From: Iphione sp. A-MEVVRFRX5
Taxonomy: Eukaryota
NCBI GenBank assembly: GCA_976226885.1
Contig: OZ320318.1
Coordinates: 78,306,001 to 78,370,000, forward strand
Reading direction: 5' to 3'
DNA: 64,000 nucleotides
The notes beneath the pieces are model-generated. The model did not search any database. It was not told where the DNA came from and saw only the letters and a list, made by a program, of their open reading frames with translations. Below, in pieces: positions 1-10,962 of the stretch; the first letter of the stretch is position 1; each line of letters begins with the position of its first letter. The translations under genes were made by a program, and so were the position numbers.

Positions 1-511
1 TCCTCCCCTCTATGTGTGGTGACTACCAGCGCGAAGGGCGGCCTGCCAGGCAGGCCCCCAGCCTCACTCTGGCTACCTGCCAGTGTCACATGGTCAATCT
101 TATCGTTGGTTGCGCATGCGCATTGATCGGCTCGCCCCTGTCGTTCCCGGTGGCGCGCGGTGGGCTTCCACGAGACGGCGCTTCCATAGCGCCTGGAAGA
201 GGGGGGCAGCAGTACAAGGGGCTGTAACTCCCCTTCCACTTCTCTTAGGCTTGCCGGCCCTTCCACAAAAATTGAAAGGAGTATAATGCATGGCGTTGGA
301 GGAAGGGGGCGCACTATGGGAACCCGAAACCCGCGGGCGTGGCCGCTGGGCGGTAATAGAAGCTTTTGCAACGCGCGACTGGCTTTATGGCGTTCTAATT
401 GGCTGCGGTTTTCTGGCAGGGCCCGCCGATCGCGGCGACCTTCAGGGTCGAGGTGGTAGCGAGCGCCGAATGACGAGGCGGCAACGAGCTGCCACATGGA
501 AGCAATATGGA

Positions 512-518
<7 letters not shown>

Positions 519-544
<26 letters not shown>
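519..544 (+). repeat. (TG)13 microsatellite
   Basis: Uninterrupted TG dinucleotide run read directly. Confidence 0.95.
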
Positions 545-3500
545 AATATGACGTTTGTATGCGCTTATTACGGGTTGTATCTGATTGCGTGTGTTTATGT
601 CGATACGAGCCGATTTCAAATCTATGTATTATTTAGCGGGGTTTCAAAAAAACGAGGTCTCTTAGGGTCGGTTCTTCCTCTGTAGGGTTATTCTTCTCAG
701 CTTCTCTTCTCATCTGATACAGCCAGCTCCACCAGTCAGTGCGGCCGGAATTCAAATAGTGCTAGCTTATGGAAGCAGACGAGGCATGGTAATGAAGCAT
801 TCGTGCGATGTCTCATCCATGGACAAACGAAATCATTCTTATTCCTTCTGGACATGTCTCGCATAGGGACATGACGTCTCCAAAATAAATAAGGCGGTTT
901 TACACTGGAAATTATCTCCTGAACATTTACGTGAAAGTTTTCTCCTAAGAGCAATGTTTACCTTCTAGTAATGTAAATTAGGGTAAATCAAATACATAAA
1001 TTCTTGAGTAATTTTTCTTGATTGGTTTCTTTTTCAGCCTGTGAACAGATGTATGTTTATAATATAATATACGGGGGCAAATATAAGGACAGTCTTTCAG
1101 TAAGTATGTCTGTTTAGTTGTGAGACGCAGTGTTCGTGTGCTCATTTTATACATAGATGTTTTAATACATCAAAATGTAAACATGCAGCCAAGCATAGGA
1201 TGGTATCTTTATTACAGCCCATGGGTTTGTGTCACTGATGGGTGCTTGTCAATTTTTTTCTGTCCGTACCTGTCGTTAATGGCTTGATCGGGAGGGGTTG
1301 ATTGCGCTATTGATATAGGGAGCGGGGAGATCTGCAAATAGTCACATAATTATGTCTAGTAAGAGACAAGGCACATTGACATTACTCGTATGTTGTCTGT
1401 CTCCTGTATGTGTACAGTTCGGATTGCTCCTGAACAGTGTCAAGAGGAAAATTGATAACTTATGGTATTCGGCCTCAGGAATAACATGAAACACACTACT
1501 GAAGTCACTACATCATTTTCTGACAGAACCATATACGTCCTCTCCTTGATACCTTGTACTCCTAACGTTTTTGCACAGAACCATACATCACCGACTGGTT
1601 AAATCAGCTTTGCGCACTGCTAACAAATGCTCCGTTTCATAAGTGATTTGTTACCGTGCCTGTCCGTGCCTTCTTCTCGCAACCAGGGGGGGTCCGCTCT
1701 GAGGTCAAGCGTTAGCTGACACGTGTCCACCTCCACCATAACTCACGGCAGTCATAGGTCATTTACTATCCGACTTTCTGTCGGACAAACGGCCACGTAG
1801 TCCGATTACAGGAGGGGCTCTGGGGCCTGTTCCAGGGCAGCTCTCGCCTCTCGCACTCCCTTACATCAGCTTTAGCTTTCTCTGGAGTCACAGAGGCAGT
1901 GTCAGCTCAGACGGAATAAAACTTGCGTAAGAGCCACCGGGTAGCCATCGGTAAATGGAATTCTATGGTGCATCATGCATAGAAGTGGCCTTTTTTTAGG
2001 AGAGGCAGCGGGGCTGCAAAATCGTAATATAGGAGAAGAAGACAGTTCGAAAACAGAAGGCATTCAAGGAGATATCTCATATCTGCAGGCGATTTCAGCA
2101 TTCGTACAACGGTATCTCCTTTGGGATTAGAAAAAAATCAACCGATTTAGTCGAAACGCTATTCTCTCATCTGATTCTTTGCACCTTCATATCAGTCTGT
2201 ACCATTACTACTCAACGTACTGACCAGAGTTAGAGGGAGACATAGGACTGGGTCTGATATATAGTGTATTATAGTGCATTGGTATGGGGCGCCTTAAGCA
2301 AGTTTCGGTAGTGCGTGGTACCGAGCAGTACACGCTATTAGCGCCTGCTGCAGGCCCCCTAACCGTATACTACTCACGCCACTTTTGGTAGTTTGTACCG
2401 TGATATTGTCCCGCTCCTAATCCCAAATTCCTGTACTACACATAGTCACCTCTCTCAAAACTCCCTATCCTTTACTATCGTACTTCCAAGACTCTCTCTA
2501 TATACTACTTAACGGTGTAAGAAACATGAAGTGTGGCATGCAGGTCAAATAAGGGAATATTCGAAGAACCCTGCATGAAGACCACCTTCCCAAATTCGGT
2601 GAGGTCAGAGATGATCAGGTGCGGATTCATAAGACAACCTGTTTCGAAAATCAAAACGATAACAGTCAAGAAAATAGACGTGTCATCAGACTAGTCGAGG
2701 TCCTGCCTCTGTTCTGCTTGCCATCCTCCTACCCTCTACCCTGGCGCCACAGACATCCCTGGCGGTCAGCCCCGACACTACGCAGGAAGTGCATCGCGTT
2801 ACGACTATTTGCACATCCTTGAGCCATCGGAAGAGCTTGGGCATGCACGAAATCGTCTAACGTAGTGGGGGGGAGGGTCAGGCCGCCTCTGGTATGGCTT
2901 TCGGTGCTTCCCTGTCGGAGCTGGGTGTGAGCGGGGTGGGGGGATTGTTGAACTGGGTCTGTTTATGATGGGATTTTTGTGGCGTTTGTTTTGGGAGTCT
3001 CCTAATTGCGTTGCGTCTGTTTATAATAGACCTTTTTCGGGAGGAATTCGGTATCCACTTTCCGGGGGGAAACGAGTGCGGGTTGTTAGGGGTAAGGGAA
3101 GGGGATTGTCGTTTTTACCTTGAACTGTTTGCTACTGACTCCCCGGATGAGATTAAAAATGGAAAGGAGGGCCCGTGCCACCGTTGCACGTGATTGTGAG
3201 AGAATTTGTGTATTTTTGCAAAACGAAAACATGAGGGCCACTGCTGTCTTGGGGTCGTGTAGGAGAACTTGTTATTATAGGGTCGGACTAAACTGATTCT
3301 CTGTGTTTTCACACCGTGGTATTTGAATTTCATCGTGCTTCTTTTACGGAAGATTTCTCTGTAGATTCTGTGAAATGGGATGGCCAGCTAGACTGCTAGG
3401 TGTTACCGACAAAGGCAGTGTGTGTATTTGGAAAGGCGTTCTTTTGTATTTCACATTGCGAATACAGTATTTTCGGACTCTGTGAATTCGTTATGCAGTG

Positions 3501-3805
3501 CTAGACGACACATGTATTTGAATATTTCGTTGAATATTACACTGTTTATTTCTAAATGAATAGTTTACCATTCATCATCAGGTGGTAGCCGGCCCTTTGT
3601 TGTAACGTTACTCTCAGTCTGTTTGTAGATCGATGTGTGAATGTCACTTGGCCTATCGAACCTATTAGTGGTGGGTAATATAGCGAACATTTTTTATGGG
3701 TGTGTGTATTCATATAGAATATGTTCAAATTAAAGTGCGGGGGTTCACGTGTCCTTCAGTGGAGCCTTATAATTGTGGTCAGTCAGTTTACAGTTTTTAA
3801 AAGGG

Positions 3806-4125
3806 AGGTCATAATCCAAGTGCGGGTGAGTATGAGAGTGGAGGGTTCAGAGCGCTACAGATTGTAAGGCAGGTGTGGGGTGAGTGTATGAGTGCAGGGG
3901 ACAGAGGACTACAGGTCATAATCCAGGTATGGGTGAATGTGAGAGTGGAGGATGCAGGGGGTTACAGGTCATAAGGTAGGTATGGATGAGTGTGAGAGTA
4001 GAGAATGGGAGAAGAGGCCTACAGGTCGGGAGGCAGGTACGGGTGAGTGTGAGAGTGGTAGAGGCAGCTAGAGTGCTATAGGTCATAAGGCAGGTACAGG
4101 GTGAGTGTGTGAGCAGAAGGGGGGA
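3806..4125 (+). repeat. Degenerate ~53-57 bp G-rich minisatellite, ~5.5 copies
   Basis: Recurring core GGTCATAAGGCAGGTACGGGTGAGTGTGAGAGTGG, with units starting near 3807, 3861, 3915, 3968, 4025 and 4082. Confidence 0.85.
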
Positions 4126-4284
4126 GGTTGCAGAGGGCTGGTCTCTAGAAGACTGGGATGTCAGTAGGGGCTTCCAGCCGATCCTACACCAACTGGAATA
4201 GTGCCATTTCCTGCCACCAGGAGTCTGCAAGCTTGTCCAGAAGATGGCGTTCGAGACGCTCAAATATTTACCCAAGTCGCCCCC

Positions 4285-4620
4285 CGCGCCAGCCTCGTTA
4301 TGGCGGCCGCAGTTCTCGCGGTAGTTTGAACTTTTCTCGCGTGGGAGGCAAAGAGTCTCTTGAGGGTGGGCGCGCCCCCTGGTGGACGCTGATCCGATTG
4401 GTCGAGCGAAAACACGTGACTCTCCGACGCTTGCGCTCATTTTCTACTTGGGCAGGGTGGGAGAGAAAACAAACGCGCATGCGTCTTTAATCACACTGAG
4501 ACTTCTTCTGCGCATGCGCTCGACCAGGATTAGCGTCTTCAATGAGGGATGCTTTCCCGAAAGTAAATGTTTCTAGGCGACGCTTCGCTAGGCCGCTAAA
4601 GACGGTCGATTAAAAGTCGT
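4285..4620. promoter_or_regulatory. CpG-rich housekeeping-type promoter-like motif cluster
   Basis: ATGGCGGC (YY1-like, 4300), TCTCGCG x2 (4314, 4335), CTCF consensus (4372-4385), ATTGG (4397), CACGTGAC (4413), GCGCATGCG (4475) and TGCGCATGCGC (NRF1, 4509-4519) within ~220 bp. Function is inferred from motif density only. Confidence 0.5.
4372..4385 (-). promoter_or_regulatory. Exact CTCF core consensus (CCACCAGGGGGCGC on - strand)
   Basis: The + strand GCGCCCCCTGGTGG is the reverse complement of the canonical CTCF core. Binding not shown. Confidence 0.5.
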
Positions 4621-5137
4621 CTGCCCTCGTTTTGACTAAATGAAAGAGATGTTTTTTTGCGCGTGTGTTGGTCCGTATATATGATTAGACAAGTGATTAG
4701 ATTGCTGTTAAGATGTCAGAGGACCGGGTTGGTTGATGGTGTATGTGGTGGTGGTTTTAGTATTGACGGAGGCTGGCGGCCGCACGGTGCCTTCCGAGCC
4801 CTAATTACGGTGGTAACTAGCGAAGGACTCAAAATGCATGTCATATTCTGCGCTTAGCGGCCCTTCTAGTACTTCGTTGCCCTCACCCTACCCCAATGAA
4901 CCCTACCCCCTCCCCGACCCTACTCCTGCTCTCGTGTCCTTTCACTCAGCCCACCTCATTCTGTCTGCCACTATAAGCACCCCCCCCCACCCTGCCTTTC
5001 CTTGGGCTAGCGAAGCAACTCTCCTAAGACTCGGATGAAAGCGTCCGACCAGCGACCGAGCGCGTTTCTATTCCCGCCACAGCGCGGCAATCAGTGCCTT
5101 CGAGCAGACGACAATTCGCTGCAATTACGGTTCCGCC

Positions 5138-5149
5138 TTTGGCGCCAAA
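5138..5149. promoter_or_regulatory. Palindromic E2F-type site TTTGGCGCCAAA
   Basis: Perfect 12-bp palindrome matching the E2F consensus inside a CpG-rich patch (about 5040-5190). Confidence 0.3.
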
Positions 5150-7167
5150 ACGGCCAGCATGCCGAGCGGCATGATCGAGGTCATAGCCAATCAAAACACT
5201 TGCAAACCTAGATACATAATAGGCCCTATTTACATTTGCATGTTTATGCAAACACACAAAACTGCGGACCTATATATTATTAGTAACGAAGAGCCAATTT
5301 TGTATCGTAAATGAAAAAAAAACATCGCGTGGTGTACAGCATAGATTCCAAATTATTAATTTGGATGTTTCATTTCGTTCTAGGTGTTCCTTGGAAATGC
5401 CTATATGAAGCATTTGGACTCCCTATTCTAATAGCCATGAGAATCTGGATGAAGTAGCTACAGCTGCCAAATAATGACTCATATAAATATAGGTAGATGT
5501 ATATCAAACGGGAGCGAAAATATGCTTACTACCTTAATCATATGCACACAAATTATAGACTCTGAAATGAGGTGACCACCTTAACTGCTTCCCATGTACA
5601 TTACATGCTCTGAGCTAAGGTCACTGTCGTGAACTACCTTACCTCAATGCATTTATAGTAAAATCTCCGAGCTAGGATCCTCATCTAACCTTAAAACAGT
5701 TAAGTCAGTTCTCTGAAGCAAGATATAACCAGCATTAACCACCTAACCCTTAAACATATGCGGTAGAGTCGACGAAATATGCTCACCATCTGCTACTTTC
5801 AAAATCGATCCGAATGTATGGGATTAAAGTCGACCTAAGTCAACGGAGTTTTGATTCTCTTAAGAAATAAATTGCTTTCTGAAAGAGAGTTCACCGTAAC
5901 TGTTTCCTTTATTCGGTGCGTTGACCGTTGCTAAATTCAGGGTAAGAAACCATTTCCTGTTTGTTGTTCAGACAAGTAGGGAAAGGTGAAGTTAAAATGA
6001 CGTACAAGCGAACTGAAGAATGCTCGTGTTTATCATGGTAGTGGGAGTTGGCAAACATTATTGCAACAGACATCTAGTTTCAGAAAAAACCCTTTTTAGT
6101 CTAAATATGCTACATGTAAATGCATTTGGCCCAAGATAAGTCATGAATATAACAGAAACAAAAACGTAGCTGCCATTACATACAGAACAAAAATCATGAA
6201 CCTATTTTTATGACTTGGTGAGGGTGTAACATGGAAGGTGCCTGAAGAAGTCTCAAAACAATCTTGACATATCGGAGAGATGCATTCGCATTGTAATATA
6301 AGTATTAGAGGTGTAAAGAACTACACAGGAGGATCAACAAGGGAGGATCAACTTTGTTTCACGCTGATGGATTAGGTGTAAAACGTGCTGATGGGGTTGA
6401 TGGACCACGTATAGATTGACCAGCTGTGGGGTTAAACAGCCTCACCTTTTCCAAACTACCCGCCACAGACACAACCCAATGTGTCTAATCGTGCAGTGCC
6501 GTTAGGGTTAGCTCACTCCCCTTTTAAGGACGCGTCGAAAAAAAAAATGTTTCGACACATCACCAATCGCCTTCAGGAACCATGGCCGCGAGATTGATGT
6601 CTGGTGGCTGTCAATTTTAGAGGCTGCATTAGTGGGTAAAGTGACGTAGTGGGTAGTGGCGGAGCAACCCTGAGTGGCGTGGGCGAATGGAAGGGTGGGA
6701 GCGTGGGGGGGGGGGGGGGGCTCGGGACCGTGGTAACCGGGAAGTGATGTGACATGTCGGCGGTCGATCAGCAACTAGACGGGAGAGTTACAGCTAGGAG
6801 AAACGGACAGTCACCCCCCAACCCCCACCGGCCTACCGACCACCCCAAAGCAGCACCATAGCATATAGACGGTATGTAGCTAGGGGTAAGTAGACGATAC
6901 GGGAAATGCTGAGAAGAGGGAGTAGGTGGGGGTTAGGTATGGAAGATGGAAAACTGAAGGAAGAGAATGTATGAAGAAGGTATAAGACAGACTTGGGACG
7001 ATCTGATACGGCTGGGGTTTTGTAAAATGGAGAGGAAGGTAAAAATGTACGTGAAAAGACCCTAAAAAAGACCCTAAATCAAGGGGAAGAGAGAGCTGAG
7101 GATAGAGAGGAATGAACGCGAAGAGAAAGCTACACACAAAAATGGGACAAACAGAAGAGAACAAACA

Positions 7168-7496
7168 TTAGGCCTAAAAAACATCTGTTTCCAGTAAGAA
7201 GCCGAAAATATATAGGGTCAGTTGGTAGGTGCCATTTTCCTTTTTATCAATGTTAAAGGACCCTGAAAGCACCAGATAGATAATTCTGGTAAAGTCACTT
7301 CCACTGGTTTAATGAAATGTATATCAAACAAAAGCTTGTAACCCAAGGAGCACTTTGGTGTATAGAACACGTCTCTATCATTATTCGTTCCGAAGTCAAT
7401 TTCTAAAAAATAAAAAACAAGAACTAAAGTTCCAATTGGCTCTAATATAAGGTAGTCAGGTTACCGGAAACACAGATGTTTTTTGTTTCAACCTTA
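7168..7496. mobile_element. Probable MITE / non-autonomous DNA transposon (~330 bp)
   Basis: Imperfect terminal inverted repeats: AAAAAACATCTGTTTCCAGTAA (7176-7197) vs TTACCGGAAACACAGATGTTTTTT (7461-7484). Outer ends TTAGG...CCTTA; AT-rich non-coding interior. Confidence 0.55.
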
Positions 7497-8729
7497 GGAT
7501 CCAATGACTAGACGAAATGTGTGAGTGCAAATAGATGAAGAAAAGAAGAAAGAGAAAAACACGCGATCAAGAGAATGATAGGGAGAGAAGGGTGATGACA
7601 AAGATGATAAGTATGGGGAAAGAAGAAAAAATAGCGGGATCCACAGGGTGATAAGGAGAGTGAGGTAAGCACATTAGGAAAGGTACTTCTCAAAGACCAT
7701 ACATATAAGTATAGGGGGCCAGCGTAAGGGCAGTACAGAAAGACAGAGAGACAGACAAGTAGACAGAGAGGTAATAAGATGAAGTGCATCAAGGACGTGT
7801 AAGTAAATGTCCACGATACATACATCATCTGATCTGTGATGCATAAGCTGACCATCATTTGATTGTTTATTGATGTAAACGTTCACATATGACACGGACA
7901 CGAATGGAGTGGAGAAGACGTACTGTGTGTCTCTTCGAGGTATACTCTTCACTTGGATATCTGCCTGGAATTGAAATATATTAGGAAAAAGCGTGTATAA
8001 ACTGGTCACAAAACATCCTCGGTGGGCATCGTCGGGGTACGATGATCAGTATCAATATCTCCTTAGCCTATCGGAACAGTGAGCATGTATGTAGATATGT
8101 CTGTATGTATGTTTTTATGTCCGAGTGTTTATTTAGAGACTAATACCCACTGCCATTGTCTTTAAGAGAATGCTGAGACGTTTTCAAACCCGAGCCTATG
8201 AGGTGACCTTATTTTGAACTAATGAAATAGCTCTGTTCAGGAATTCATAATTTATGCAACGAATTCATAACAACCACTTTTGGGACACTAAGTCAAATCA
8301 TGTCAGGCATTTAAAGGTGATGAGTACAAGTGATATATTACAGTAAACAAGCTTCCCACCTCATTTAGATTCAAAATATATAGATGAATGGTCATGATCC
8401 AAAATATAGGGGAAGAAAACGGTGCAAAATAGCTGCAATTGAGGAGGACAGAAAATATGGAGGAGAGCAGGGAGAGAGAGAAATAGAAGCAACCTATGTG
8501 AGGCTGAAGGGTGTTTGGAAAGTCGAAGACTAGATCGTGTTTCCCGCTAAATCAATGCATTCCATTTTTAACGATGCTCCCCGTCGTATGACCGCGATAT
8601 ATACCGGGCTATTTCAATGCAAATGTAACTTGCGTCTAACTACCGCGCGTTCAGCGGGTTTTCTCCAGAGACTTTAATCCCGCAGTCAATCAGGGACACT
8701 GGCTCAAGAGGCGCCGGCGTTCACTAGCC

Positions 8730-8830
8730 ATGACGTCGCGGATGAGCGCTCGCGCATGCGCATACAGCTTCACCTCAACGCCGAGGGGCGGCGTTGTTTA
8801 CTTCTCGCCCGGGGCGAGAAATCGCGTGTC
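8730..8830. promoter_or_regulatory. CpG-rich element with NRF1 palindrome and two adjacent inverted repeats
   Basis: TGACGTC (8731), GCGCATGCGC (8752-8761), AACGCCG-agggg-CGGCGTT (8777-8795), TTCTCGCCC-g-GGGCGAGAA (8802-8820). Confidence 0.35.
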
Positions 8831-9094
8831 CTGCCGTTGTCATGGCTACAGGAGCCTACTTCACGCCCTCTCGAATTGGGAGAGCGTGGGTGGCAGCAGA
8901 CATGTTTGTCGGGTCTCTTCTTAGATGGAGCTCGTGTTTTCTTCAATATCACGTGCTACTGCCCAATGTTGACGTCTTCAGTCTGAAGCATATTCTATTC
9001 GATTTTACTTCGTTGTGATATATTTTCTTTATGAGATATTCGTTTAACTAAGAAGTCGCCAAATTGTTGCTCTAAGCTTCAGTTCTTCTCTTTA

Positions 9095-9626
9095 CTAAGC
9101 AGAGAAAACCGCTCCTTTCTCAAAGTGCTCTTCAATTCTTTGAGAGTGGGCAGATACTGAAAATACTTGGTAAACGTATGGAACGACTGGTTCTTTCTCG
9201 ATAACACGTGGAGAATGAACAACAATGAGAAATGACAACGCTACTTGTTCCTATTTGATCCAATCAAATTTGTGCTACGTTTTCACCTTCGCGCAGCACC
9301 GGAAGAGCCATTCTCTATCCTAGAAGGGAAGGGGAAAAAATCTGGCAATATACCTCGGCCAGGTCCGTGCTCTTAAAATCGTGCTGAGGTGTAGGCAGTG
9401 GAGGTGAACACTGGGGGGAGAAAGAAAAGGGATGGCTTGAGGTACCTTAACAGGTCCTGATTGACACATCTGGTCCAATTTAAGGTCAATCCGGGCGAGG
9501 TGCGCATTGAGACCAAATTGACCACTATCAGCGACCAACCACTCTCCGGCCCATTTCCCGCCTCCGTCATTGAAAGCGGGGAAGCAATAGAGGAAGTGGA
9601 TGGAGAGCCCAACGGCCGGGTTGGTG
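9095..9626 (-). pseudogene. Candidate spliced gene fragment (141 codons) with three 34-36 nt GT-AG micro-introns; product unidentified
   Basis: Exons 9626-9446, 9410-9354, 9319-9287 and 9250-9095; introns 9445-9411 (35 nt), 9353-9320 (34 nt) and 9286-9251 (36 nt), each AG|GT...YAG. The spliced frame is open. No family recognised. Confidence 0.35.
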
Positions 9627-10308
9627 CTGAGACAGAGAGAGGGGCAGGGTGTGTGTGTGGGGGAGCGGTGGCGGCTGTTGGGGCCTGGGAGGTAGAATGA
9701 GGGCTACAATGGCAAGAGGCTCTCTAGGCGCCACTGTCCTCAGAATAGCTTGTTTAAGCAACTAGTGCACGAAAAAAAACCGCTCAAATAGTATCAATGG
9801 ATAGACGGCAAGGAAGAAAGATTGTGTAGCAAGGATAGTTCCATTGCAATACTATGATATACCAAACAAAATTAGTAGTACGAATTACACTAGGAAACCT
9901 GAAAAAGAGGGAAAGGGAGAAAGGGAGAAGGACACAGAAATAGAGAAATAGACAGAACAATATAAAGAGAGAAACACATAGACCCAATAGAAACTGTCAA
10001 ATTACGATGGACATTTCGACAGAATTTATTTTTTTAAAAAAGGAAATGTCTATATGAAAAGATTTCTAATTTTTTTATGGAAGCAATGTCTTCTTGTATC
10101 AGATATCTCAAACGGGGATCTGCAGGCCAATGGGTTAAACGGAGACGTTCATTGCGAGACATGGTAATTCACGGTCACATAAAACATAAAGGCAATCTCA
10201 AAGTACAGCAAGAGAGGCAAATAGATTGGTATTCTGACCTGCAGTATACCACACCCTAATGATCTCCCCTGAATGGTCTGAACACCTCACCTTTACAAAG
10301 TCTAACTG

Positions 10309-10322
10309 CCGCCACCTGGAGG
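10309..10322 (-). promoter_or_regulatory. CTCF-like motif CCTCCAGGTGGCGG
   Basis: Close match to the CTCF core on the - strand; motif evidence only. Confidence 0.25.
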
Positions 10323-10808
10323 CGACCAAGCTCACATTCCAGGAGGAGGAGGAGGAGGAGGCCATTATCCAGTTTCTCTCCATACAGCAGCCCATAGATC
10401 AGAGTTAGTTTTTCCTGCCTACAACACCGCCCTTCAATAGCTATTGTATCTACCTGTACGTAACAGCAACTAGTGTGTGTAGGCATGGCAGGCTTTTCTG
10501 GTGTCACTGCACCTAAAGGGAAAACTCATGTTTCTCGTAATAGCTTTCGATTCTTCATCATTTTAGTTTTTGTTGATGCTTTACATATTGAGAGTAGAGA
10601 GGTTTTATTTTGGCGGGGTGGTAAGCGGGTAAGGCGACTGGAGACGGGGCTGGGGGATGGGGGAACTCCGCCGCCGTGATAAATGACCGCACTCCTATTG
10701 AGCTCAACACGCAGGCTTTTATGGCAAATCAGCGGCGTGCGTACTACCTTACTGACAAGTGGCCACCGCAGGAGAGGAATGGACAGAATAGCGACCAAGT
10801 GCCCCTAC

Positions 10809-10962
10809 TTCCATCTACTTGGTGTTTCATTCACTCCCCTCGGCCTGTACATGTATGGCTTTTGTCCTACTGTGTGACTCTTGGACTTATACGCCAGCCA
10901 GCTGTTCCATCTGTTTGGTATTTCATTCACTCTCCTCAATCTACACATGTATGCATTTTTTC
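10809..10962 (+). repeat. Two-copy imperfect direct repeat (~58 bp, 96-bp period)
   Basis: TTCCATCTACTTGGTGTTTCATTCACTCCCCTC... at 10809 and TTCCATCTGTTTGGTATTTCATTCACTCTCCTC... at 10905. Confidence 0.75.

Noticed and set aside
12-685. Short overlapping ORFs at the window start, including the 131-aa ORF 290-685
   Set aside because: They run through a CpG-rich patch and a (TG)n repeat; no recognisable domain.
3350-3450. WD40-like words (SVDSVKWDG / RLLGVTDKGSVCIWK)
   Set aside because: Needs a frameshift, is a single blade, and has no neighbouring repeats or splice support.
9461-9700. + strand ORF with AIEEV resembling DIRS RT (KGAIEEV)
   Set aside because: No downstream RT motifs; the minus-strand spliced frame explains the region better.
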